From the NCBI GenBank assembly GCA_964187785.1, contig OZ076409.1, positions 56,174,001-56,238,000 of the forward strand: a DNA stretch of 64,000 nt, given 5' to 3'. The position numbers were made by a program, and so were the translations under genes. The notes under the pieces were generated by a model that searched no databases, was not told where the DNA came from, and saw only the letters and a program-made list of their open reading frames with translations. Shown here piece by piece: positions 38,701-50,700 of the stretch (position 1 is the stretch's first letter; each line of letters opens with the position of its first letter). This DNA is from Amphiscolops sp. MND2022. Taxonomy: Eukaryota.

Positions 38701-41700
38701 TGGTTCACTTGCAAAATTTCACTAACATTTGTCCGTAGCGAAAAATATTAACAATTGAAATGCGCTTAAGTCTGAGCGTCAGAAATCAGCGACGGGTAGA
38801 AAATTCCATTCACACTTTGATCCTGTTTGTAAAATAACTGCAGTAGCCTTGAACAAATACTGCCAATTATGCCTTTAGGGAGTTAGCATCAAAGCTCAAA
38901 ACTCAAATTAGAAAAAAGCCAGTACATGGGGTTTGGTGAACCCAGTGAACGAGATTCCCAATAGATACCTCGTTGTACTATATTACATCAAGGCGCAATT
39001 TTCAAACGAAGAAATGTCGCATGCAATCGCATCCATATCAAAACGTCCTCTTAGTACAGGGAGATATGTGCTAAGGAACTAGAGATGGGCGCCACGCCGC
39101 CGCCGACGACTTGGTTGACCTCCAAGGCGTTTACGCCGATGTATATCCGCGTACGCTGGCGTGAACACATACCATACTGTAATAAATGGATTGGACCCCT
39201 GATTGTAAAAAAAATGATTTGGACTGAAAATAAATTAGCTCGAAACCCGAGTGATTCTGTAGGAAATGAAAAAAAAAGGTTTGATCAAATATTAATAATT
39301 TTGTGAAAACACGTCAGAATCATTGTTGCAAACAATTTTGGGGCTTGGTAATATCACTTTCAACAACTTGTACTAAATTTTGATCTAGGAGCAAATTTTT
39401 GCAAAATTAGACGTCTCACAGACGCAGTACGTGAACAGTATTTGTTATCGACTTATTGTTTTCACGCCGGCGACGCCGCCGCCACCAATCGATTTTTGAC
39501 CTCACGCCGCCGCCGAAAGAAATAGAAACGGCGCCCACCTCTATAAGGAACTAACGTGTTCATCGTTAAATTATGTGAAAAGAGGTCTATCAATTTTTCT
39601 TTCAAAAATCATGGCTGAGAGATTAACGTCTTTTTCATATGGAATATGGGCGGAAAATAACTTCGAGAACTTAGCGCTTAAACTTTTTCCGGCTTTTCAT
39701 TTTCCACCAGGTGATAGCATTGAAGATACTTTCGAGAGAAAAAGTCTGCCTCATTCTTATAGAGCTTGAGCAGAAAATTAACAGATCCCAAGTTTGGTAT
39801 AAATTTCACTGATTAGTTTATTAGGCATGTCTAACTAACAAAGCAAGGCGGGATATTCATCTCCCACAGTTGTCCACCCATTTTGGCCACCATTTGCAGA
39901 GCAATGTTGAGAGCGACCCGTCTCAGTTTTGATTTATTGCCAAGAGTCTTTCCCACAATGCACTGAGACGCAACAGGCATTTGCATACACAACAGTTTCT
40001 TAACTGCATTGTACCGGACTTCATGCTGGAAACTGAAAACGGTTACGGCTACTTGGACCTGAAATGAAAAACTAATGCAACATGGACAGGGTTCGTTGAT
40101 GGGACGTTTTCTACCAACAAAAAGCTTCTGCAAAAAACACCCTTTTCGAATATCAAATTTCGCGTTATATCTAAGAAACCATTGTTGGTTTAAAACAGCG
40201 TTTGAGATCAAAAAATTGATTTCAAATAACGAGAACAAAAATCAAAATTTGGAACCACAATCAATAATCGCATATAAAATGACAGTTTTGGAACTTTTCA
40301 GGGCTAAATTTATTCTGAATTTAAGAATTTCCGAACATTTTGCCTTGCTCCCATTTTTTCGTTAGCAGTGTCGAGTGGACGCCATGTGAACAAGCTTCAT
40401 CAAATAATATTGAAGTTGGGTTAAAAATGGACTGAGTTATTCCAAATAGCAGAGCATTCAGTTTTGATGCATTGAATCGAGGTTTTAAAAACTTTCAAAT
40501 AAACATCAACAAGATAACCCTTTCAATTCAACCTTTTTCATATCTCGGAAGAGATGAGTTGTCATAGAAATAACGCCTGAATTGCGGGTAAAATACTAGG
40601 TTTTTATTGGTCCAAATAAAATTGGACACAAAATGTCAATGGTCGTACTCACATCTGCGGTGAGATGTTGTTTCAACGCCTGGATGTAGTCCTGATCTCT
40701 GTCACTTTTTCCGAGTTGCACCAATTTAGGAGGATTTTGGACAGGAACGCCTACTGCTGGTAAGCACTGTTTGATCTGATGCACGAAGTCTGAAAAAAGA
40801 GAAACATCATTCATTGATTCAATTGCAAAATTTCGGTAGCGTACTTGAAATCGACCATAAAAAGCAAACCTCAACTCAGGCTTGAACATATCGTAGCATC
40901 ATGCTCTGTGATAAAGTACAAAAATAGCTAGCATCTCTGCTACAAAGCCATTTAAATTTTTTTCGAGTACTGTAAACTTCGTTAGGAAACTTATCGTTGC
41001 AATGAGATGTGATTCTAACCATTGACTGCTGCAGCGTCTCTTTGCGTATGGATAATTAGCCATTTGCTTAGCACCCCTCGGCCGATGAGTTGCTTCTTCC
41101 CTAGACTTTGGCCGAAGTCTGCCTCTGGACCAACTCGAATTTCACCTCCGGGCCCGGCAAACCTGATGAGACACAAAAATATATTTCGAGAATTCACTCT
41201 GAATTCGCAGCATTTTCATAAAAGACTTTGGCATGCAGAGAACACTAATAACATTCCTAATTTTCAAGTTTATTGCTGCTCGAAGATGTTTTCCTTCAGT
41301 TAAATACCTTACTCTCGTGTTCTTTCGTTATACCATAAAGCCAGGAAATTTTCACAGAAATGAATACTAGTACTGTATATACCAACCTCACAGTAGTTCC
41401 ACCCATGATGTTCCTAGCCTCAATTTCGACAGGGTTAGGACTTAAAGAAACACCCCAGTTGTTTAGTTCTGCCGATGCCTCTGGGTTTTCGTGAATACTT
41501 CGAACAAATTTTTGCAGCGCCTGAACCCGATTGGCTGGATTCGGTCGTGTATGCTCTGCAATGTCCTTCATAACGTGGAAGTTTTTTCTGATATCTTCCG
41601 ACAACCCCGTTAGATGGCACAATTCAGGAACAAGGTATATTAACTGCTCTCCCATCTAATTTAAAAAACATAAAAGCAGACAATTACCGCTATTGCATCA

Positions 41701-44700
41701 AATGTTTCCGAAACTCATCTGGTGGAAACTTAAAAGGTCTTTACAAGGCTTTGAAATTTTCTGCAAACCAGGAATAAGATAAACCCATCCTTTCAAGACT
41801 GTAAACTTTAACCTTAACTTGGCCAATGTGCCAAATTTGGCACATTTTGTTTCTGCAAATTCTTAACGCACCAGCTGATTGTATGGTAAAGCAAACCCTT
41901 TAATAAGAGTTTCAGACAATATTGCATAGCATTCGGCGCCTTTTCACGGAAAATTGACGTGATGTCTCAAAAACCCAGAAAATGACGCAAAAAAATCAAA
42001 AGAAAAATAAGTGCAGATTTTCCGTTTTCCCAGTTTTCGTTTGTGCCCCTTTTATCCCACTGGTATCAACATTGGGTCAAAGCGTCCCCAGCATGTTTTG
42101 AAACATGTTGAAAAGCAAGCAGAGACACGAGGCGTGCAAAGTTTTGGCGCAAAGTTCGGAGCCAGTGCGGCGAAGCCGCACGCCAGCGGAGAACTTCGCG
42201 CAAAAAACTTTGCGCGCAAGGGGTCCGCGCTAGCGGGCCCCAAGCCCAGCAGTTTAAAAATTGATTTGAAAGCCCCAATGCTCCTCTTTCGAACGCTGTA
42301 TAAATCGTTTGTCGGACTTGTATAGTTCAGGAGATATTGCGGTTTAAAGTTGAAGCACCTGATTTTTGGACGCAACAAGATTTTTCCTGGCCAACTTAAG
42401 GTTAACAAAAAAATACTAAAGTTTTCAAATTGCGCTCAAGCTATCTTTTTCAGTTGTTTTAAGTCCTGAAATGAGTTTTTGACTCATTTAGGCCAAGTTT
42501 TGAGCTTTTCATTTTCGTCGCGTTAACCTTAACTTGGCCAATGTGCCAAATTTGGCACATTTTGTTTCTGCAAATTCTTAACGCACCAGCTGATTGTATG
42601 GTAAAGCAAACCCTTTAATAAGAGTTTCAGACAATATTGCATAGCATTCGGCGCCTTTTCACGGAAAATTGACGTGATGTCTCAAAAACCCAGAAAATGA
42701 CGCAAAAAAATCAAAAGAAAAATAAGTGCAGATTTTCCGTTTTCCCAGTTTTCGTTTGTGCCCCTTTTATCCCACTGGTATCAACATTGGGTCAAAGCGT
42801 CCCCAGCATGTTTTGAAACATGTTGAAAAGCAAGCAGAGACACGAGGCGTGCAAAGTTTTGGCGCAAAGTTCGGAGCCAGTGCGGCGAAGCCGCACGCCA
42901 GCGGAGAACTTCGCGCAAAAAACTTTGCGCGCAAGGGGCCCGCGCTAGCGGGCCCCAAGCCCAGCAGTTTAAAAATTGATTTGAAAGCCCCAATGCTCCT
43001 CTTTCGAACGCTGTATAAATCGTTTGTCGGACTTGTATAGTTCAGGAGATATTGCGGTTTAAAGTTGAAGCACCTGATTTTTGGACGCAACAAGATTTTT
43101 CCTGGCCAACTTAAGGTTAATGTGATGCTCAGTATGCAATGGTAACGATGAATTACAGTCCTGTGATAGAAGAATGGAACCCCTGTTTGGTAATTAAGTT
43201 TGGAACGCATAATGAGTTTGCAAATTTCTCAGAAACTCAATTTTTTTTCCAAAATGTTAGAAACAAGTTTCTTGGATTTTTGTCTAGTTTACATTCCTTT
43301 AATTTGGAGGTTTTAAAACTAGTATGAGACAAGTTGGCAAATAATAACTTTTACATGTAAAATTTTGCATATTCATTTGAAGAGTCTAAATTAGGAGCGG
43401 AAGCTGGTCATTATTTACTTTTTCATATTGTACAAGGTGCCCATCATTTACAAATTACACTCGAAAATTTTTTGCTCCCTAGAGTGTACATGTAAAAAGA
43501 TAATCACATATCTAAAGTCTCAGGTCTATACCCAATCTTTATACATATACCGGAAGTAATTCAGAGGAGAATAACGATTTTCTTAGTTCGTGTAAATACT
43601 AAGTTAACAACCATACCTCAGGATTACGGCGCTTCTTTGCTCGATGGAGAAGCAAAGGCTGTTTATCGTCGACGATGGTTAGTCCATAAACTGTAGCATA
43701 ATATTCCATGAAACTGATCTCAGAGCCATCTTCTTTGGTGAAGGTGCAAGAGGGGTTCATATCCCAATGAATGTCGTCTATTCGATACGTTTTCTTGTTG
43801 TATCGCGTCAACACAACTTCATTGCATAGCTTGTGACCGCAAACTTTTTGAAAATCCTCAGGGGAAGCACTTCTATAGATGTCGTTCCTGAAACGAATGA
43901 ATCAACCGTGAGTATCCCAGATTACACATCTCGGTTTCTACAGAAAAATGTCACAAGTTTGACTCATGTCAAACGTGAGACACCATGTTCCTATGCCCGC
44001 TGATAGAAGAAACAACCACAGATCTCAAACGATTTCGGGTTACAAACAAGTTCAGTATTCAGGTTGCTCAAGTAATTTTGTTCTGTCCTTACAATAATGC
44101 AGGTGCATTTGATGCAATGGCGGTAATTGTCTGCTTTTATGTTGATTTTTTTTCTGAATCTTTCTCTACTTAGATGGGAGAGCTGCGAATAATATAGGTT
44201 AAGAGACGGAAATGAAAAACCCTGTCCTGGTACATGTGAATACCATAAAAACGATCTTTATGTAGAATAACTAACATGGCATCCCAGACATTCTGCGTCC
44301 GGACCACCCTATGGGACACGTCACAGGTGAGCAGTAGGCCGCCATCTAACGAGGCCACTGTAAGAGCATACCCTGGCCAAATTTCGAGACTGAAATGAAA
44401 TGGAAAAATGAGTTAGAAGCATAGTAAAAATGAAAAAATGAGTAAATATTGAATGCATAGTAAATATGGAATGATCAAAAGGATGGATACTCACTGATGA
44501 CGCTGTATTTGTATAGGATTTGATGTCAAGAACGCTGCCTTCTTTTCTACCTTGTACTTCAGAATTTTCATCAACCTGAAAAAAATAAACACTCAAATTG
44601 AATTGATCGCGAAAAATTGAATGAAAATATTTTTAATGAAATTATTCAGCTCCAGCGGTTCTTCTATGCACAATCGAGCTGCCCTTTTACCTCTATACCA

Positions 44701-47700
44701 GATCAGTTTGATTGATACAAAAAACTAAGTTTTGAAACGTCCTTTCAGTCCGGAATTATGAAGAGCGGTTCACTTAAAAAATGAACAAGACGGGTTAAGG
44801 TTCAAAAACCGCAGCAATGCTCAGGGTGTTTTTTAGGGAAAATCTTAAAAGTATAAGAGATCCAAAATACCCTTCCGTGCTCGGAAAACGCTTTTCTATA
44901 ACTGATACTAATGAAAGCAAAATTTTCATTGAATTAATTTGTTTTCGAAAAACTCAAACAGTGCCGAAAAAAACCGTAAGGGGGAACCTTCTATCCCATA
45001 TAATTTCAACGATAGAGTAACCTGAAAAACTCATGAGCAGTACCCTTTCACCTCCTTGAGTACCCTGTAGAACTTTTAGTCTGTAAATGATAGATCACTG
45101 GCCGTTATCATTTTTGGCCGGCGCCACTGTAAGAGTAGGCAACTTTTTGATGCCAAAAATGACAATACACAGAATAGTGTTTTTACCAATTTTCAGTTCA
45201 GAAAAAAATAGGAAGTTTTGCATGCGAAAAATTGAATGCCGTGAATCCGCACTCCCAGTGACTTCGCGAGTTGTACGGCGACAATTCATATCAAATTCAA
45301 AAGCGACCGACAGCTCGTATCAAAACTCGTATCAGAAAAGCAAACACTATGTAAGAAAAATCCTTTGAAAGAAAAATTGAAGATTTCATTCAAAATACTT
45401 TAGGTAACAATTAGGTAATTTTATGGTAATGATTATTGTCTTGAGTAATCACACATTTAAAAAGGGTCCCCCTTCAATTTTTTTGGAGTTTTGCGACAGA
45501 ATGGATGTTGAAAAATCCCAAAGGGTCCCCCTTTCAGTTTTTTCGGCATTGTGAGACTTTCATTTTTTTTCGTAAAAGGTTCCAAATTCACCAATACCTT
45601 GACATTTTGAAGTTTTTTTTGCTATTTTTCAGCATTAGACATGGCGCCGATTTGGGCCGGTCCCGGTTTGTTCAAATATTTTTGACGTATAGTGTTTTAG
45701 TATTTTTATTCCAATGAGAAACCTTATACAAGTTGTCGTTTTTTAATAGGCGCTTTTCTTAAGAGTCGACTATAGTAATTTTTTCAATACACCTAAAGTG
45801 ACCAAAATAGTTCTACCAAAAGTTATACAAAACTTTAATAAGGCGCCAAATTGTACATGTTGGCTCACGGAACTGAACCTAAAAGGTTTTTCCTTTTTCC
45901 CGCGTAACATACAATACCGGGCGAGACTGAAGGGTCCCCCTTTCAGTTTTTTCGGCATTGAGACTTTTGTTCGAGAAAAAAAAACACCCCCCAAAGGGTC
46001 GCCCCTTCTATGTTTTTTTAAGAGTTTTGCGACAGAATAGATGTTGAAAAATCCCACAGGGTCCCCCTTTCAGTTTCTTCGGCATGAAGAGTTTCAGTTT
46101 CTTCGGTCTTCTGTGAGACTGTTTTAAAAAATATTAAAGGGTCCCTCAATTTTTTTGATTTCCGACAGAATGGATGAAAAATTTCAAAGTTCCCCCCTGG
46201 AGCGCCAATTCGGTCCAACTTTTGGGTTTTTCGGGTACTGTAGAAGAGAATATTTTGACACTTCGAAGTCCTTTTGCTATTTCTGAGCCTTAGATATGGC
46301 GCCGACTTGGGCCGTTTCCGGCTTGTTTTCAATTGATTTGAGTTGTCTCTTGATGAGTTATGACTATGCCTCAACAGCAGCCCCATAGAATGCTGCTGTT
46401 ATCATCATCAGTATCACTGTCAACTAAGCAGAGGTATAATCAGACTTCTTAAAATACATAGCTTCATCCGATTATCCAAAAAATATATTTCCAAATTCAA
46501 CTCGATCGAGAATTTATATGCAAATGCGCAGCATCACAGTACTCCAATGGACTTGAGCATGTTTTCCAAAAAACACGTCAAAAGCTAATAAAACATAAGT
46601 GGGTCTGAACTTCACTTGGAAGACCGTGTTCCATTCCGTCAAGTCAGTATCATAGCGTGCAATTTTGACCTTTTCAAAACTCAACTGAATGCTGAAGAAC
46701 TAACTTCTTGAACATGATGTTCAAAAGATGACACCTCTGGGGATGGGTGGCTCCAACTTGTCTGACCTGCTCGATTTGGACAGTGACTACTTGGTTCTCC
46801 CTTGGCAACGTGTAGCTGAAGGACCTGCTGCCTAGAGACCGGATCGAGTACATCTGGCTGCTTCCATCATAATTGGTAAATCGCAGGTCAGGCTGAGATC
46901 GCACAATCTTCTTTCTCGCACTTTCGCTATCAATATTTGGACTGGAACAAAAACTTTACCATTGCCACACTAGTTCAACTTCTATTCTTCAAAGCATGTC
47001 ATGACCTCACAAATTGTTGAAATTTTTGACCGAACCAAAGCTCGTTGCCGAAAAACTTACTTGAAAGTGACTTTGTACTCGAAAAAACTGTTGGCCTGAG
47101 ACTCGAGTCTGAGGTAATTGACAGGGCAATTGACAGGAACACCATCCTTGCCAATCTTCTCCTCGGGGTCAATGATCGACAACGCTGACATAACAGACTC
47201 AATGGGGTGCGATGGAGAGTGACTCGGGGATGGAGTTGATCCTCCAGAGCCTGCTGCTCTTTCATCTGAAAAAGTGATTTTAGGCAAAAGATTATGGCGG
47301 ATGACGCCAGTGGAGCTTGAATAGCATGCACGAAAAGTTCTACAGGATATCAAGGTTTCAACAAAACCCAATTTATTTGTAGAAAGTACTGGAAATTGAC
47401 TGAAATAAGCAAAGATGACGTGGATTTACAGATGTGAAAACTAACTATTTGGAGCACCGGGTAACCCGCTGTCAGTGGTATTGTAGCTTCTCCGGGGAGG
47501 AATACCGTCATTCGCAGTTCGATGAGAACTATCGCGTTGCAATGACGTGCAATGACCACTATCGCTGCTGGTCGTGATGTTCACTCGACTTCCTGCTTGC
47601 TTCCTGCTGCTGGTCACATTTGCTGTGCGGGGTACCACCGGAGTTTCAGACGACACATGGGACGATACATGTGACTCAACTGCTGGCACTGTCGTCGCTG

Positions 47701-50700
47701 TCTGGGATTCATCTCCGGAAGCAGCGGCTGTCGCTTCCCTCTTTTTCTTCAACTCTATGAGTCGCTTCAATCTTTCCGATTGTGCTAACGGAAATAGGCA
47801 ATACTTTTACATAAATATCGAATGAATTTGATTGGTCAAAAAGCAACAATGAATTAGATTCGATGATAACAGCGTTGTTTCGGGTGATTTTTATACAATG
47901 CGCAAAAGGCAGTGACTAACGGAATCTAAAAACAACTATCCCTTCTTATAAGTTCGTATAATTTCGTTAATTTGAAGTATGCACTGCACTCCGCCAAGTT
48001 AGTTTACTGTATAGTTTGCTACAACAGGTAAAATGTTTTGCACATTACCAAACGACCTGTCTTGAAACTCGGTTTCTTGAATGTTAAAGAAAACCGAGCT
48101 AGAATACAAAGAAAAAGGATGTCTCAAGCATTTTTCAAAGTTCTGAACTAGACGTCTACCAAGAACTTGAAAATTTAAAGCTTCTACTACTCTGCCTAGT
48201 CTGAGCTTCAAGAAATCATACTTTCCCACTTTTTCATCTTGAATCCATGAACGACGAACATTGCATTACTAAATCTGATGGAACAAAAACAAGACAACGA
48301 AATTTTTTGACAAGTGCTCTAACAACAAAGAGTCGATTTCCGGAACAAAGCAGTTGTTCTGCACAATCTTTTCCAGAACTGCCTCAATCTCGATAATTGC
48401 TCAATTTTTGAATGAAAAACGAATCACTATAGTAATACTGTGGATACAAAGAGTACAATAATTATCAGTGGTGCAATATAATGGTTACGCCAAATGCCCT
48501 AGCCAATGACAAAACTACTGAATTCTCAAGGTTTCCACTGAGCGTCATTTGAAACAAATCGAGTCAAAAATTTTGGTGGAAAGTCCACAAGTGACTTATC
48601 TCGAAAACGTACTTTACTCAAATCAATCAAGGCCGTTGACTTTTGAAAAACACCAAAATCGAAAGATAAAGTGAAAAATAATCTTTTGTTGACCACACGA
48701 AAAATGACATGAAATTTCTGCGAAAGAAGCAGAACAGGTCAAAAACGTCCGAGGGACCGCTTCTCTTGATGATCGATTGTTGACCAAAAACAATTACTAC
48801 TAACAAAGTAATTGAACGGCCATTTGAACGACAATAATTCCTCGGAAATTCGGGAGACAACTTGGAGGGAAACCAAAAAGTAGCAAAACCGGTTCACTTG
48901 ATTGCATTAACAGAACAAAAGCATTCATTAAAACCCTATGAGATTATTTAATGGAACAGCTCCAAGGAGGTTAACTGGAATCGTCCAAAATATTTCTCCC
49001 TACTTTTTAATGAGATTGTTCCAAACTGCAACCAAATTTGAATCATTTTTTGGATTGTTTGTGGAAACGGCAAAATCGTTTTTGGATTGTTCACAAAAAC
49101 AATGAAATTGTTTTGTTCGCATTGATTGTTAACTGGTGACTCTCGAAGAAATTGACAAGGCTTTCTATTGTTGGCTGTAAATTATTGCGAGCTTCCGTCA
49201 AATCGTTGTGGACTAAAGATCATAGTATCATCAGCATATTGGATTAAATCACAATTTTCCATGACAGATTGTTGCATGTCATTAACATGGATGTTGAAGA
49301 AAAGTGGTCCGAGAACTGTCCATTGTGGAACACCTTGGTATAGTTGAATCCAATCTGAGATACACGTGGATAGATTAACCATTTGGTATCTTTCAGTCGG
49401 AAAACTATTCTGGCCTTCCCATCGAAATAAAGATGATGCGATTTTTCTCAAAAGATTTCATGAGGCATCGAATTGAATGCTCTGGAAAGGTCTAAAAATG
49501 CTGCTGCTGTGTTTCGATTGTCATGTAGATCCATTCTTACATTTTCCGTAGCGTATAGTAACGCATGTTGTTGAATAGTTTGCTCGGAATTCAAATTGCA
49601 ATGAGCCGAGTAACTTGTTCCTTTCAAGGTATTCGTTCATAGGATTTCTTCAAAAACTTTTGCTACGGAAGATGTGGTTGATAATGGTTTGAAATTACCA
49701 GGATCTTCATTATCACCTTTCTTATGGATCGGTATAACATGGGCTTGTTGTAGGTGTTCACGAAATTTACCTTCCTCCAATAAAGGCATTTATCATGAAG
49801 CAAAGCGGTTTTTCATTATTGTTTTGTATTTCATTCGAGGTAGTACTCATATATTTATTGTCTGGCCTGTCTGAAGTACTCTCCTAATTTTGAAAACCGG
49901 TAGTCTAGTAAGATTGCAATTCGTTTTTGGTCATTGACTGTGTCGCCGAAACTGTTCTTCAGACTGGATATTTCTCTTTTCTTTCGATTGTTGTTCCTGG
50001 TCTCGTTAATGAAATTCCATCTGTCACGTTCAGATTAATGAAATATTCATTTTGAAAAAACCTGAACAATTAGTTACTATTTCCAATTAAGTCATTTTGA
50101 AATTGTTGGTAAGTTAAGGATTGTGGTTAGATTCTCTATCCATTTTTGTTCCATTGTAAGATCGTTTCTGATGGAAACTGTTTGTTTGGGGTGCACATCG
50201 CCGCAACGCTTTTTCTAGAATATCCGTGAAAACATTCCTTCAGCACAAATTTGTTTATAAAACAAACACCAGTTGCTGTCACTGATCAAATTTCTCAGTT
50301 CTTCGACACTAGTGTTTTATCGAAACATTTTTTGAAGTGTAACTTTCGGAGGTTTATGCACTTTAGTTTCCGTAATGATTGATGTCGCAAAATGATCACT
50401 CATTTTTCCCTGGGTCGTTCTGAGAGAGGTATCGGATATATAGGTTCGTTTATATTCCGGTAGACCTGTAATGACATAGTCGAGAAGAGATTCGCAGTTG
50501 CCTGATATTCTTGTGGGTATATTATTACTTGTAATGTTCATTGCATAAGGTACCATGATTGTGTCTAAATTTTGTTTTTCTTCATCTAGATAATCCAAGT
50601 TGTAGTGTCTCATTAATGTTAAGGCTTCATTTTCAGTTACCGCATAATCTATGTTGATAATCTTGTTGATAATTTTTCTATGAAAGTATTGAGGAGAGCT

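Noticed and set aside
42011..43210. Duplicated 104-147 aa ORFs on both strands
   Set aside because: They lie inside the two MITE copies and have no recognisable domain.
48221..48236. Alternative piwi first exon MKKWE with a phase-1 gtatga donor
   Set aside because: It is phase-compatible, but exons 52325-52284 and 51964-51862 have stronger splice signals and matching Ser/Thr-rich composition. It is not excluded as an isoform.
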